From contig NC_068984.1 in assembly GCF_001194135.2 (NCBI RefSeq), positions 8,814,849 to 8,878,848 of the forward strand: a DNA stretch of 64,000 bases, given 5' to 3'. Numbering within the stretch: position 1 is the first letter of the stretch; every line of letters begins with the position of its first letter. Origin of the DNA: Octopus bimaculoides (lineage: Eukaryota). Positions 26,891 through 39,025 of the stretch are shown here, piece by piece. The notes under the pieces were generated by a model. That model saw only the letters and a list, made by a program, of their open reading frames with translations. It had not been told where the DNA came from and searched no databases. The position numbers and the translations under genes were made by a program.

Positions 26891-27193
26891 TGTTTGTTCC
26901 TTCTAGAGCCGTTCCTGGCTCATAAGGTCAGGGTTTCCCGGTTTTATTGGCGTATAGGTACCCCACCTGGATGGGACGCCAGTCCGTCGCAGGTAAGTTG
27001 CTAGATGCAGGAGGAAAAAGTGAGAGAAAGTTGTGGCAAAATATTCAGCAGAGGTTCACCGTTAACTGCTGCCGGAGCCGCGTGGAGCTTAATGTGTTTC
27101 ACTCATAAACACACACATCGCCCTGTCTGAGATTCGAACCCGGGATACCTCAACCGCGAGTCCGCTGCTGTAACCACTAGGTCATGTGCCTCC
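26891..27193 (-). mobile_element. SINE with a family-C head and body and a family-D-type tail
   Basis: Head and body align with 51442-51600; the tail cctgcgacggactggcgtcccatccaggtgggg...accgggaaac resembles the tail at 1015-1090. Confidence 0.75.
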
Positions 27194-27234
27194 GCCCATA
27201 TACCTCATATTCATTATATTAATTACGTAGTCAT

Positions 27235-27327
27235 GGAGGCGCGTAGTTTAATGGTTAATGTGTTGGACTCGTGACAGTTAGATTGTGGTTTCGATTCCTG
27301 GACCAGGCGACGCGTTGTATTCTTAGA
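27235..27327 (+). mobile_element. SINE family D head fragment
   Basis: ggaggcgcgtagtttaatggttaatgtgttggactcgtg...ggtttcgattcctggaccaggcgacgcgttgtattctt. Confidence 0.75.
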
Positions 27328-28039
27328 TCTTAGTAACACACTGCAATAAAGCGTTCTTCCGATGATCCATTGCAATTAAGCAACCAAATGCACTTGGAAA
27401 ATTCAGTCCTTGTTTCCAATTTCAGTGATGAAACATACGTAGGAAATAATAATTTATACTTGTGTTTATCTTAATTTTCCCCAACATAAATTCTTATAAA
27501 AAAAAATATTATTATCAAGCTGGAAACCTGGTTTAAGGGCCCGCAAATACAGTGGACTGCATTAATGGCAGCCAAAGTGTCAGATAATGACGTTAAACAT
27601 GGCGACGGATTAAATCTAACTCTCAGTTAGGCATCGGTGGTATTTGAGTTCACAAGGTAAAGAGACGGAATAAATAGAGTCAATCATCCGGTCCCACGTT
27701 CTTGCAATTTTGCCAATCACAGACATTCCTTGGTAAATTTTTATTGACCTCCGATCACATCAAAAGTATGAAAGGCAAAATTTGAAGTGGACGGGATTTG
27801 AACTCAGATTGCCGAGTATCAGTACAAACCTGACTCTCTAAAGACGAATTCACTTTTTGAGAGTCCCAGGGCTTTGAAAGGTGATGTTATTTACTTTAGG
27901 ACAGTGCTTTATACAGAAAGAGAATTGATTTTCTTCAGTTCAAAGATATAAGCAAATGGTTCGAGAAAAGACTAGCACATTGGATTAGGTACGAATGGGA
28001 CATACGTTTTAAAAATAGTTAAAATTTTATCTCTCATCT

Positions 28040-28389
28040 TTTGTCTTCTACTGGTTTTAGTCACTAGACTACGACCATATTGGGGAACATCCTTGAATGA
28101 TTTTAGTCGAACGAATCGATCCCTGCACACATTTTTTTGAAGCCTAGTATTTATCGGTTTCATTTATAGAACCGCTATGTTACATGGACGTAAACACACC
28201 AAAGTTGGTTGTGAAGCGTTGGGTTGGGAGGACAAACACAGACGCGCGCACGCACACACATATAGGACGGGCTTTGGTCAACCCAGAGTTATAGTAGAAG
28301 ACACTTGCCCAAGGTGTCATGCAGTGGGACTCAACCCGGAATCATTTGTTTGGAAAGTAAATGTCTTACCACATAGTCACGACCGAGCC
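28040..28389 (-). mobile_element. SINE family A, diverged, with internal deletion
   Basis: ttatagtagaagacacttgcccaaggtgtcatgcagtgggactcaacccgg and ttttagtcgaacgaatcga segments. Confidence 0.8.
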
Positions 28390-28968
28390 TATTTGTTGGG
28401 TATTTATAAATTGTCTGGTTGGTAACTCAGCAGTAACTCAATGATGGAAGTGAAAAACTCTTCAACAAAAATGGAAGTATCTCCTTGGTATTAACTTCTG
28501 AAATACTTTCTTTGTCTCCCGAGCGTCATTGAAGTTAGTAAATGGAACCTAATGGTGATTAATTCTTCTTCTAATTAGTTCCAGCTTTTGTTATATATGA
28601 CCACTTCTTTCTGTGTTATATCTGTTTCCATTTCTTATTTTATTCAGTGAAATAAATATCGGTTGTATACTGATTAATGTGTCGATTTAATCTGTTAAAC
28701 CTCAGCGTTTTTAATCGTCTGCCTCTTAATTGTTTCGATAAGCTCAGAAGTTTTATAACTTTGATTGGAAGATGCGGAACTACATATGTGAGAATCTAGC
28801 GGATTCATGTTCTATGATTTCAATGAAAGTTCAATTTCAAATAGAGGCATATTCATTTCACGAACTTTTTTTAACGTTTGTATGCGAAATATATTCTTCG
28901 AATATATAGAGATTTTCTATTGCGAAACAAAATAAAAATGATGTTATTAGTTAAAATATAGGTTTGTC

Positions 28969-29070
28969 GGCGCAGGCGTGGCACCTTGGACAAGTGTTTT
29001 CTACTACACTCTCGGGCCGACCAAAGATTTGTTAGTGGTCTTGGTAGCTAGAAACTGAAAGAAGCCTACT
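28969..29070 (+). mobile_element. SINE family A 5' part lacking most of the tRNA head
   Basis: ggcgcaggcgtggc joined directly to accttggacaagtg. Confidence 0.75.
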
Positions 29071-29349
29071 CTGTGGGTGTATGTGCATATATATATACAT
29101 ATATATANNNNNNNNNNNNNNNNNNNNNNNNNNNNNNNNNNNNNNNNNNNNNNNNNNNNNNNNNNNNNNNNNNNNNNNNNNNNNNNNNNNNNNNNNNNNN
29201 NNNNNNNNNNNNNNNNNNNNNNNNNNNNNNNNNNNNNNNNNNNNNNNNNNNNNNNNNNNNNNNNNNNNNNNNNNNNNNNNNNNNNNNNNNNNNNNNNNNN
29301 NNNNNNNNNNNNNNNNNNNNNNNNNNNNNNNNNNNNNNNNNNNNNNTTT

Positions 29350-30124
29350 CTTGCACAATTAATTTTACCAGGGCGTATTCCTTGAAGATACCTGTCCAGA
29401 CTCCGTTTAAAGGTGATGAGGTCTTTTACCTCTTTAATCAGTTTTGGGGCAGGGGGCAGGGCCCGTTGAGGAAATGAAAATTATGCTGTAGTGTACCTAT
29501 ATGTTGTGATCCTGAATTGGGCAGGGGATGTATGGCCCGTGGTCCCAGTCTTGGATGAACCTTGAAACTAATGTTCAGGTCGTTTGGGCAATGCTGGTGG
29601 TATATTCTCCACATCGTACAAATGGTGTACCGCTCGCGGCGGCGCTGGAGAGAGTAGAGTTTCAAGGTTTTAAAGCGGTCCCAGTAATGGAGATCAGTCA
29701 TGCCTTCAATTCGTTTAGTGAGTGCCCTGTGGGGGGATTCAACCCTCGAGATGTTTTGTTTTGTATGGGGAGACCACAAGGGGCAACAGTATTCGAGGTG
29801 TGGCCGTACAAGGGAGGAGGAAAGTGGAATGATGACACCTTGTTCTCTGGACCGGAAGGTTCTTAAGATCCAGGAGCTCATCCTACGAGCTATACCGACC
29901 TTATTGTTGATGTGGGCACTCCAACTAAGATTGTTGTCAACAATTACACCCAGATCTCTGATATTGTTGGATGCCGTGAGCGGTTTCTCTGAAGGAAGAT
30001 CATATGGCTGTTTTAGTATAGACTTTCTTCCAAAATGCCTAAGCTCAAATTTTCCCTCGTTCAGTTGCACGCAAGGTAGCACGCAGTAGGAATGGACACG
30101 GAACCATGAGGTTGGGAAGCACAC
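29350..30124 (-). pseudogene. CR1/L2-group LINE ORF2 C-terminal (RT thumb) fragment
   Basis: IRDLGVIVDNNLSWSAHI, SSLVRPHLEYCCPLWSP and LKLYSLQRRRERY are characteristic of CR1-group ORF2; 5'-truncated. Confidence 0.92.
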
Positions 30125-30159
30125 CCATTCCTGCGCGTAAGTATGCGAACTAGATTTTT

Positions 30160-30262
30160 AAAAAATAAGCTCTGGTGTCGATTTGCTCCGCTAAAACCCT
30201 CCAAGGCGTGCAGGGCCTAGCATGGCCACAGTCCAATGATTGAAACAGATAACAGATAAAAT
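30160..30262 (+). mobile_element. SINE family A 3' end
   Basis: ctggtgtcgatttgctc...ctagcatggccacagtccaatgattgaaacag. Confidence 0.65.
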
Positions 30263-31239
30263 ATTGGATATCGACTACATAGTGAATCATGGACAAAAGA
30301 TATCCTTGGAAATGCTTAAGCCTTGTAATAAATGAACGAATTTGCTTGAATTGTTATAGAATTAAATAAGCCACCCATTTATTGGTGTTGTAATCAATCA
30401 ATTATAAAGGATTTTAGCTTCTTATAGATATTTCAGTCGATAATACTTGCAAATTTTATATTTGAACTGTTACTGTTGCAAAAGCGAAGTCGATATTTTA
30501 AGAATATAGATAGAAGACAAAAAAAAAAAAAAGCAATAATAAAACAAAATGGCAAATAACGCAACGTATTCTGCCAAATACATGCATCGCTAACTTTGTT
30601 TCGTCTGAATCAAAGAATTCGGTGAACCATTAAATTTCTCGACAAAATAGTTGAAGATAATTATTTTAAGGTTTTTGGGGAAAATGGAAAAAAAATATAT
30701 ATTTCTAAAGACACATGCAAGAAGAAGAATTGGCATGAAAAACAACCTCGGAAATTTANNNNNNNNNNNNNNNNNNNNNNNNNNNNNNNNNNNNNNNNNN
30801 NNNNNNNNNNNNNNNNNNNNNNNNNNNNNNNNNNNNNNNNNNNNNNNNNNNNNNNNNNNNNNNNNNNNNNNNNNNNNNNNNNNNNNNNNNNNNNNNNNNN
30901 NNNNNNNNNNNNNNNNNNNNNNNNNNNNNNNNNNNNNNNNNNNNNNNNNNNNNNNNNNNNNNNNNNNNNNNNNNNNNNNNNNNNNNNNNNNNNNNNNNNN
31001 NNNNNNNNNNNNNNNNNNNNNNNNNNNNNNNNNNNNNNNNNNNNNNNNNNNNNNNNNNNNNNNNNNNNNNNNNNNNNNNNNNNNNNNNNNNNNNNNNNNN
31101 NNNNNNNNNNNNNNNNNNNNNNNNNNNNNNNNNNNNNNNNNNNNNNNNNNNNNNNNNNNNNNNNNNNNNNNNNNNNACACAATTGTTATCATTACATTCT
31201 GGTTAACACGAAAATACAGTGTTTTTATCTTTTATGCTT

Positions 31240-31648
31240 CACTTGCTTCAGTCATTAGAGTTCGGCCATGCTGGGGCACCGCCTTGAAGAATTTTTAGTC
31301 GAATGAATCAAACCCCGGTGCTTTTTTTTAACAGTCGAACCGTTAAGTTACGAGGACGTTAACACACCAACATCGGTTGTCAAGCAGTGGCAGGGAGAAA
31401 CAGATACATAGACACCTCACACACACACACACAATTCATATACACTCACACATTCACATACATAAACATACGTGAGACACACACACACACACATACGATG
31501 TACATCTTTCAGTTTCTGTCCAGCAAATCCACTCACAAGGCTTTGATCGGCTTGAGGTGATTGTAAACCTCGCTTACCCAAGATGTAACACAGTGAGACA
31601 GAGTACAGATTCATATGGATGAGAAGTAAGCTCCTTAGGACACCACCT
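31240..31648 (-). mobile_element. SINE family A, diverged
   Basis: cggccatgctggggcaccgcc, aaatccactcacaaggctttg and a decayed head near 31640. Confidence 0.8.
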
Positions 31649-31661
31649 CTCTATATATATA

Positions 31662-32180
31662 CAAGGATGAGCCAAAAAATAATGCCATTTTGTTTAGGAC
31701 AGGTATAATTACCAACACAGAAACATGTATCATACATCAAAATGAAGTTGGGCCTCTGTGGATCACAACCCTACTTCTCAACATAGTCACCGTTTCTCTC
31801 AATAGCAATGTTCCACCTTCGAATGAGAGCATGTATCCCTGCCCCGTAAAATTCTGTTGACGGTTCTTTGAGCCACTTCTTCACTACAGTTTTCACTTCC
31901 TCGTCACTGGAATAATGTTTGCCTCTCAAATCCTCTTTCGTGGCGCAGAAGAGATGATAGTCTGAAGACGCTAAATTATTCCAGTGACGAGGAAGTGAAA
32001 ACTGTAGTGAAGAAGTGGCTCAAAGAACAGTCAACAGAATTTTACGGGATAGGGATACATGCTCTCATTCGAAGGTAGAACATTGCTATTGAGAGAAACA
32101 GTGACTATGTTGAGAAGTAGGGATGTGATCCACAGAGGACCCGCTTCATTTTGATGTATGATACATGTTACTGTGTTGGT
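31662..32180. mobile_element. mariner-derived fold-back element made of two inverted 3' ends
   Basis: 206-bp arms at 31711-31916 and 31975-32180 with about 10 mismatches by my count. Minus strand encodes LASSDYHLF...HYSSDEEVKTVVKKWLKE...GIHALIRRWNIAIERNGDYVEK*. Left end TA/caaggatgagccaaaaaataatgcc. Confidence 0.92.
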
Positions 32181-32719
32181 GGGTACAGACAAACCATATA
32201 GACCTACATATATGTGCACCTTGTGAATTCGAACCTGACCAAAACAAAGTACAAAGGTTAGTTACTTTAGTAGAGTAACTTGTAGCTGGTGTTGTGGAAT
32301 ATGGGGGATATACAGTGATGACGGGCTGTTAATATGGTACGAATTATAGTTGTTCGTCTGGTTAGATGTTTGCTTTGGTTTCATTTTATGGATGTGAAGC
32401 TGAGGTGAGGAGGGTAGGAGGGCATTTGTGGAGATTGAAACCTAGTTCATCGGCCTTTAGATGAATATGTTGAGTGGTGGTGGTGGTGGTGGTTTTGTGG
32501 CGAGGTCGTACGTTAATTGATTGAGTTTAATTAATTTAACAAATAAATGAGAATACTAGTTAGGCCTATAAGTAGAAATATGAGTAAAAGTATAGACACA
32601 TCCCATCAGATGTCAGGAGAAGATATCTGATTAAATAGTTCAGTCCAACGTGCCCACGAAACTGTAAGTCATACGAGTCAGACTATTACAGTATATGTGC
32701 GTGTATTGGTTGTGTACGA

Positions 32720-32750
<31 letters not shown>

Positions 32751-33152
32751 TGTATGTATGTATGTATTATCCTAAATTCGAATAGTGGTTGCTATTTCTG
32801 CGCTTTTCCTATAGCAGTGACCGATATAATATATATATCACACAGTTGATAAAATAATCGAGTTGCTCTCATTGAGAATATCCTTGCTCTGCAAATGTTT
32901 TCAATGTGTCTATTGTAACAAAATACTTATATTGTTATTGCTATTATTGTTAATGTTGTTGTCGCTGTTATTAATACTGAGACAGACAAAGTGATAGTTC
33001 ATGGAAATAATCTATTTCTTTAATTGTTAATGGTGATGACAATAGATCTAGAGATAAGCGTTCAGGAAATCGAGATTTAAATGTATTTTTAATCGTTAGT
33101 TCAAAATCTAACGTGTTAATGCCAAAGCTTTCGCATATTGTAGTTTTCCTAA

Positions 33153-33547
33153 GGCGGCGAGCTGGCAGAATCGTTAGCACGCCGGGCGAAATGGTTAGTG
33201 GTATTTCGCCTGTCTTTACGTTCTGAGTTCAAATTCCACCGAGGTCGGCTTTGCCTTTCATCCATTTGGGGGTCGATAAATTAAGTACCAGTTGCGTACT
33301 GGGGTCGATCTAATCGACTGGCACCCTCCTCAAACATTTAGGGCCTTGTGCCTAGAATAGAAAAGAATAGTTAGCACGCCGGGCGAAATGTTTAGCTGTA
33401 TTTCGCTTGTCTTTACGTTCTGAGTTCAAATTCCGCCGAGGTCGGCTTTGCCTTGTATCCTTTCGGGGTCGATAAATTAAGTACCATGGCGTTAATCTGG
33501 CACCCTCCCCACACATTTCGGGCCTTGTGCCTTGAGTAGAAAGAATA
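33153..33547 (+). mobile_element. SINE family B head-to-tail dimer (tail-1 plus tail-1)
   Basis: The second monomer starts at 33370 (gttagcacgccggg), directly after the ...gaaaagaata tail. Confidence 0.9.
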
Positions 33548-34921
33548 TTGCAGTTCTCCTCCTAAATATATCGATCCTTTTCCGCCTAGTCAAAATGATA
33601 CATCTACATAGATATTATAGAGAATTTGTTCCTATTTCATCCGAGAATTGTCGGGAAAATATCATATATCAGAGAATCGTGTTTGTGGTCGCTATCTATT
33701 CCCTGTTGGATCAAGTGCACTTCAATAAGATTGCTAATGCCCTAGATAAAGGCATGAATTTACAGAACCTATTCCTGCTATCTTGTAAATATGGATGTGT
33801 ATGCTTATGTAAGAAATCAATAATGTGTTATTGGCTTCCATCTTCCCGTTTATTTTGAACGCCGCTACCGAATTTCAGTTCAATTTATATTATATTCTAT
33901 ATTTGATCAAAGGTTCAAATAATAATACATCAAATAAACATTTATGAGTGATATGTTTCATCAAAAGATCTGGGTTCCCAATTTTTATGTTTTTTATTTT
34001 CACTCCAAGATGAAAGCCTCGGCTTTCACCTTTATTACTTATAAACGGTTGTACTTGAAGTTGCTCAAAAACAAAATCAAACACTCTATCATAATTTTAT
34101 TATCCATGCATCTCCAGTTTTGCGTGTTAAGAATTTTTTCCCCGTGAGAAAACTGAATACTACTTAACAAAATTTAATGGGCTTATCAAAGTTCAGAAGA
34201 AGAAAAAAAGCAAGTATTTTTGTATCTCCAGTCTATAGGTTATATGATATTACGCAATAATTTGACACATTCTAATAAAATTCTCATATCACATGAATTT
34301 CAACCAAAACAATTTAGTTAAAGGTCGCTATAAATATATATATATATGTTTTACTAACGTAGAGAGGAAGAGCGAGAGAGAGAGTGTGTGTGTGTGAGCG
34401 AGAGAGTTGTCGAAGTCGAGGTTTAGTCATTCAAACACGAGAAAACCCCATGTAATCTAGAACTGATTAGAGTGGAAAAGTAGGAGAGAAGCCTAAAAAT
34501 CGCCATGGATATACCGCTTAGAGCATCTTGGGATTTCGTTCCTCAACAGATCGACATGAGCAGGATAGAATATTTGCTGAATAGAGCACTTTACTTTCAT
34601 TCGCTTATCATCAGAACTTGCGTCAATTTCCATGAATTACTATGCTCTTCATCGACAGCCAAGCCCTCTGATCTACAGTCAAGCTTTTGCATCGTGAAAA
34701 CATCAGATTGGAAATAATTCCAAGGATAGAACCAAACGTTAAACCTGCTCTCAAAGTCCGCAGTGTATACAGATCTTTCAGACCACTTACACCTACTTCA
34801 AACGTTTATATCTTCTACGTTATTTGGCCCTTATATTCAAATAAAAATATCCCAAATTTTTAAGGAAATACATATTAAGATGAAATATAAAATGTTAATG
34901 TTAAGACGTTACTATTTTAAA

Positions 34922-35320
34922 GGCGGTTAAAACTGTGAGCTGGCAGAAATGTTAGCACACCGGGCGAAATGCTTAGCGGTATTTTGTCTGTCGTTACGTT
35001 CTGAGTTCAAATTTCGCCGAGATCAATTTTGTTTTTGTTATGTCTCAAGTTACTCATATCTAGCACCTTCGGATGATCTCTACTCAACCGCTACACAACT
35101 GCTACTCGACTGCTACGCAACTGCTACTCAACACTCCTACCACGGCCTGACTACTTCTATTTATATGTCATGGGAGATCCTATTACTTCGCCTGGGGGGC
35201 GTCGACACAACAGTTTTTCATCCTGTAGGTGTCGATTAAATAAGTACCAGTTACGAACTGGGTCGATGTAATCGACTTAAACCCTTTCCCTAGGAGGCCT
35301 TGTACTTCCAGTAGAAAGAA
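34922..35320 (+). mobile_element. SINE family B interrupted by a 177-bp insert
   Basis: Removing 35036-35212 and one GTTTT restores a gap-free B body (gatcaattttgtttttcatcc versus ggtcgactttgcctttcatcc). Confidence 0.88.
35036..35212 (-). mobile_element. Solo LTR-like element
   Basis: TG...CA ends with a 9-bp imperfect inverted repeat (TGTTATGTC / GACACAACA), 5-bp TSD GTTTT, minus-strand TATAAATA at 35158-35165, five 11-bp tandem units at 35080-35134. Confidence 0.8.
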
Positions 35321-35444
35321 TTATTTAAAGGAGGTTTAAGAATAACACCGGGACAACAGAGGAGATTGACTCGACACTGAGGAGCCATTGAAATTGTTTG
35401 TGTGGTCTCAGTCTTCACTTCATAATATATGAAAAGCATATACA

Positions 35445-35893
35445 GACGCAGGTGTGGCTGTGTGGTAAGAAGCTTGCTTTCTAGCCACATAGTTCCCGGT
35501 TCAGTCCTACTGCATGGTACCTTGAGCAAGTGGGTTCTAATTTATCCACGAGGTGACCAAAGCCTTGTGAATGGATTTGGTAGACGGAAACTGAAAGAAA
35601 GCTATCGTAGATATATATATGTGTGTGTGTGTGTACATTTGTGTATGTGTGCGTGACTGGGCGCGTGAGTGTATGTGTGTGTGTAAATGTGTGTTTGTGT
35701 TTGTCGCCCGATGTCGCTTGACAGACGGCGTTGATGCGTTAGCGTCCCCGTAACCTAGTGGTTCGGCAAGAGGGAAAGAAATACCAGGCTTAAAAAGGTA
35801 AGTAGTCTGGTCGGTTCGTTCGACTAAATATTCTTCAAGGCGGTGCCCCAGCATGGCCGTAGTCTAATGACTGAAACAAGAAGACAAAAGATA
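35445..35893 (+). mobile_element. SINE family A, full length
   Basis: Head, body, central microsatellite and 3' domain are all present. Confidence 0.88.
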
Positions 35894-36788
35894 GAAGCTT
35901 AGAGTATTCACACAGGTAGCAAGTTAGAAGGAACACTATCAGGGCACTTAGCATAAATAACTCAAAACAAGAAATCTGAGAATCAATATATTTATCCATA
36001 ATTGCAAGTCCGACAAAATATGATTGTTTCACTGGGATGCTTCTTTAGGAACTGGATAGAAATATTCTTAGTAAAGAATTTAAGTTTGTCAAAGATCATG
36101 GCTGGTAATCGTGTGCGTCGAAAGAGAGCAGGAAACGTTCGCGGAGGTGACAAGTTTAAAGGGATGTGCAAATAAAGAAATTAAGGTAAGAAGTTTGAGT
36201 GTCATAATATTTAATCCATAACTGTATATTCAACGAAATATATTTCGTCAGATTCACAGCTATTGAATGTATAGACGAAAGTGAATTTTACTACATGAAA
36301 TATATATCACTTAACAAACAACCACATATTTTGGTGAAGGGTATAGTTGATTAATTTCTTCATATTCCTTCTCTTTCAACCTATATTAATTTAATCATCA
36401 CGTAATATAAAATGTAAAGATGAAACCGGTGGTATTTAAACTGGGAACCAAGCTAAATATTGCATGGCATTTTATCATTAATCTTCCAATTCTGTCAATC
36501 GGCCAAGAATACACTTACCTTAAAGCATGGAATATCAAGAAGTGAATTTAAATTAAATATCTTTTGAGGGAAAATAATATTCGGCGTGGAGTTTGCTCTT
36601 CTTTCACAAATAATAAAGATAATTCCACTTCCGGACATATTCCTACGTCATTAAACATCGTCTGTGGAAGTTTAACGTTGTAGTAAGTTACCAGACTGTT
36701 GTTGTCGAGAACTGGATATTTAACAATTAAATGTGTCTGAGACGCTATAGAAATGTGTCAGAAACAAATACAACGACAATGTCATAGT

Positions 36789-36823
<35 letters not shown>

Positions 36824-37184
36824 TAATAATAATAAATAGTAAACAATAGCAACAATTGTTAATTGGCGTAACGCCAAATATATATAAAGGAAGTGGATTA
36901 ATCGATTAAATAAACTTTCAGTATATTAGGTAGACATATTTTTGAAGAAATATGTAAAGAAAAGACGTCTTCGAAAAGATGTGAATACACAAACCGAAAG
37001 AATTTGAATAAATAATGAAGTTGGCTTTGACTCTCTTCGTCAAGGGTTACATAAATACAAAATATACCAAGAAATGTGTTGAAGACTAACATTATGTTTG
37101 GGAGGAGGTTACCTGTACATCCATGTGCAAATTACTAACGTTAAAATATAAAATATTGGCACTGAGCCATGTATGGTATTTATA

Positions 37185-37890
37185 CAGAGTGTCCCGAAAT
37201 TAAGGCAACCGAAGTTTTGGGGTTTAGTAACTATTAATAAATGTGATAAGATATGAAAATTATACATCATTAGAAAAGCTTGATGCGTTTTCGTTTTTGG
37301 TTCAGGCTAAATAAATTCAGATTTATAAATTAGATAATGTCTATAGACCGAAATACAATTATAACCTTCCACAAACGAGGCAAAAGTGATACAGCTGTAG
37401 CACAAAAGCTGTAACACGAAAGCTTAAAATTAACCGAACAACAGTCTGGAAAATTGTCAAGAAATTTCAAATTTCAAGTTCCACCACTGATCGATCTGGA
37501 TGCGGCCGAAAAAGAAGAGTGCGGATCCTTCAGCCTATCAAAAGTACCAGAGAAAAGACACAGCGAAATCGTCAACGTTCCATCAGAAAACTGGCTCCCA
37601 CCGCAAAAAGAAGCCACGCATTGATTTATCGAGTGCTGAACGAGAATCTCAGGACCCACCCCTACAAGATGATCCGCCGTCATGAACTCACGCAAGTTTA
37701 TAAGGCCATGAGACTGGAAAGAAGTTGTCTTATCCTGCATCAGATTGCTGAAGCCACACTGCTCAACCTGATGTTTACTGATAAAAAGAAATTTGACATC
37801 AGATAGCCAGTAAACCACCAGAATGACCGATTTAAGAATGTATCTGGCTCTGTCGAGGTCAGACTCGTGTATCGACGTGAACATCCACAA
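37185..37890 (+). pseudogene. Tc1/mariner-superfamily transposase 5' fragment (maT/DD37D-like)
   Basis: Left end TA/cagagtgtcccgaaatt; frameshifted RSG-RKR...RNRQRSIRKLA...NENLRTHPYK...LMFTDKKKF...NHQNDR. Subfamily assignment is tentative. Confidence 0.8.
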
Positions 37891-38236
37891 ATAAAAAAAA
37901 ATGTGAAAACCGCTAAAAAAAATATTCTCTAAAGTTAATATACGACCATATAGATCAAGAAAGTATGGAAGACCCTACACAAAAAAGACTATGTACATAA
38001 AACGAATTAGAGAAAAATTCATGTAAAACATTGTTTTCCTGGTTTTTCCATTTAGGCAGGCGTTCTGGGGGAAATGTTATAGTGCATGACCATCCTTGGC
38101 ACATAAGTAATGTGTGTGTAAATTATGGAGAAAATCGGTTTAGAATTGTGGAAATGTATGCTTTAGTCAATATGCACAAACATACTGTGATTTATATATT
38201 CCAGAAATGTTTATATATACATGTTTATATATATAT

Positions 38237-38310
<74 letters not shown>

Positions 38311-38862
38311 GTGTATGTATGTGTGTATGTATGTATGTATCGTAAGCACGCATATATACTTTACTAGTTTATGTAAATTATGTATATATTCGTTAAAATT
38401 ACTAGATCTAACCACATATAGCGGAATTTGGGCAATAAATCCGTCGCATTTCGTCCATCCCTCTGCCTTCTTAATTTGTGTGTATTTAAAACGTGTGACT
38501 GTTTTTGCCTTCCGCTGAATAATTGAAGCTAAGGTACCTGCACCTCCTCCCCACACAACATATTACATAAAACTCCCTTTCTCACTCAGTAAGTAACTTA
38601 CCCAACACATCAGCTCTTTCACCATCTACACTTTATATGGATTAATCATTCTCCTCACCTAAACGTCAAGCTGTATTTCTCTGCTTCAATGTGATCGCCT
38701 TGTCATCTATTTGTTATCTCTACCATTTAGTATAATTATATTTATTTAATCGGCCTTTATCATATTACATTGGTAAAGCACTCATTTCCGAAACGTTTAG
38801 CCCCTTGTGGGCAATAAAGAAATAAGAAAAGTAATCAACCGCCTTAATTCTTGATATCATTT

Positions 38863-39025
38863 CTTATTCCTTTATTGCAGACACGGCGCTAAACATAGAG
38901 GGGACAAACAAGGACAGACAAAGGGATTAAGTCGATTACATCGACCCCAGTGCGTAACTGGTACTTAATTTATCGACCCCGAACGGATGAAAGGCAAAGT
39001 CGACCTCTGCGGAATTTGAACTCAG
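38863..39025 (-). mobile_element. SINE family B (tail-2), cut by an N gap
   Basis: gaggggacaaacaaggacagacaaagggattaagtcgattacatcgacccc...ggaatttgaactcag. Confidence 0.88.

Noticed and set aside
34505-34717. 70-aa ORF in unique, moderately GC-rich DNA
   Set aside because: No family motif, no consistent splice pair, and alternative frames look equally plausible.
36095-36185. Plus-strand segment ending in a strong donor AAG/GTAAGA
   Set aside because: No convincing acceptor and no recognisable peptide.
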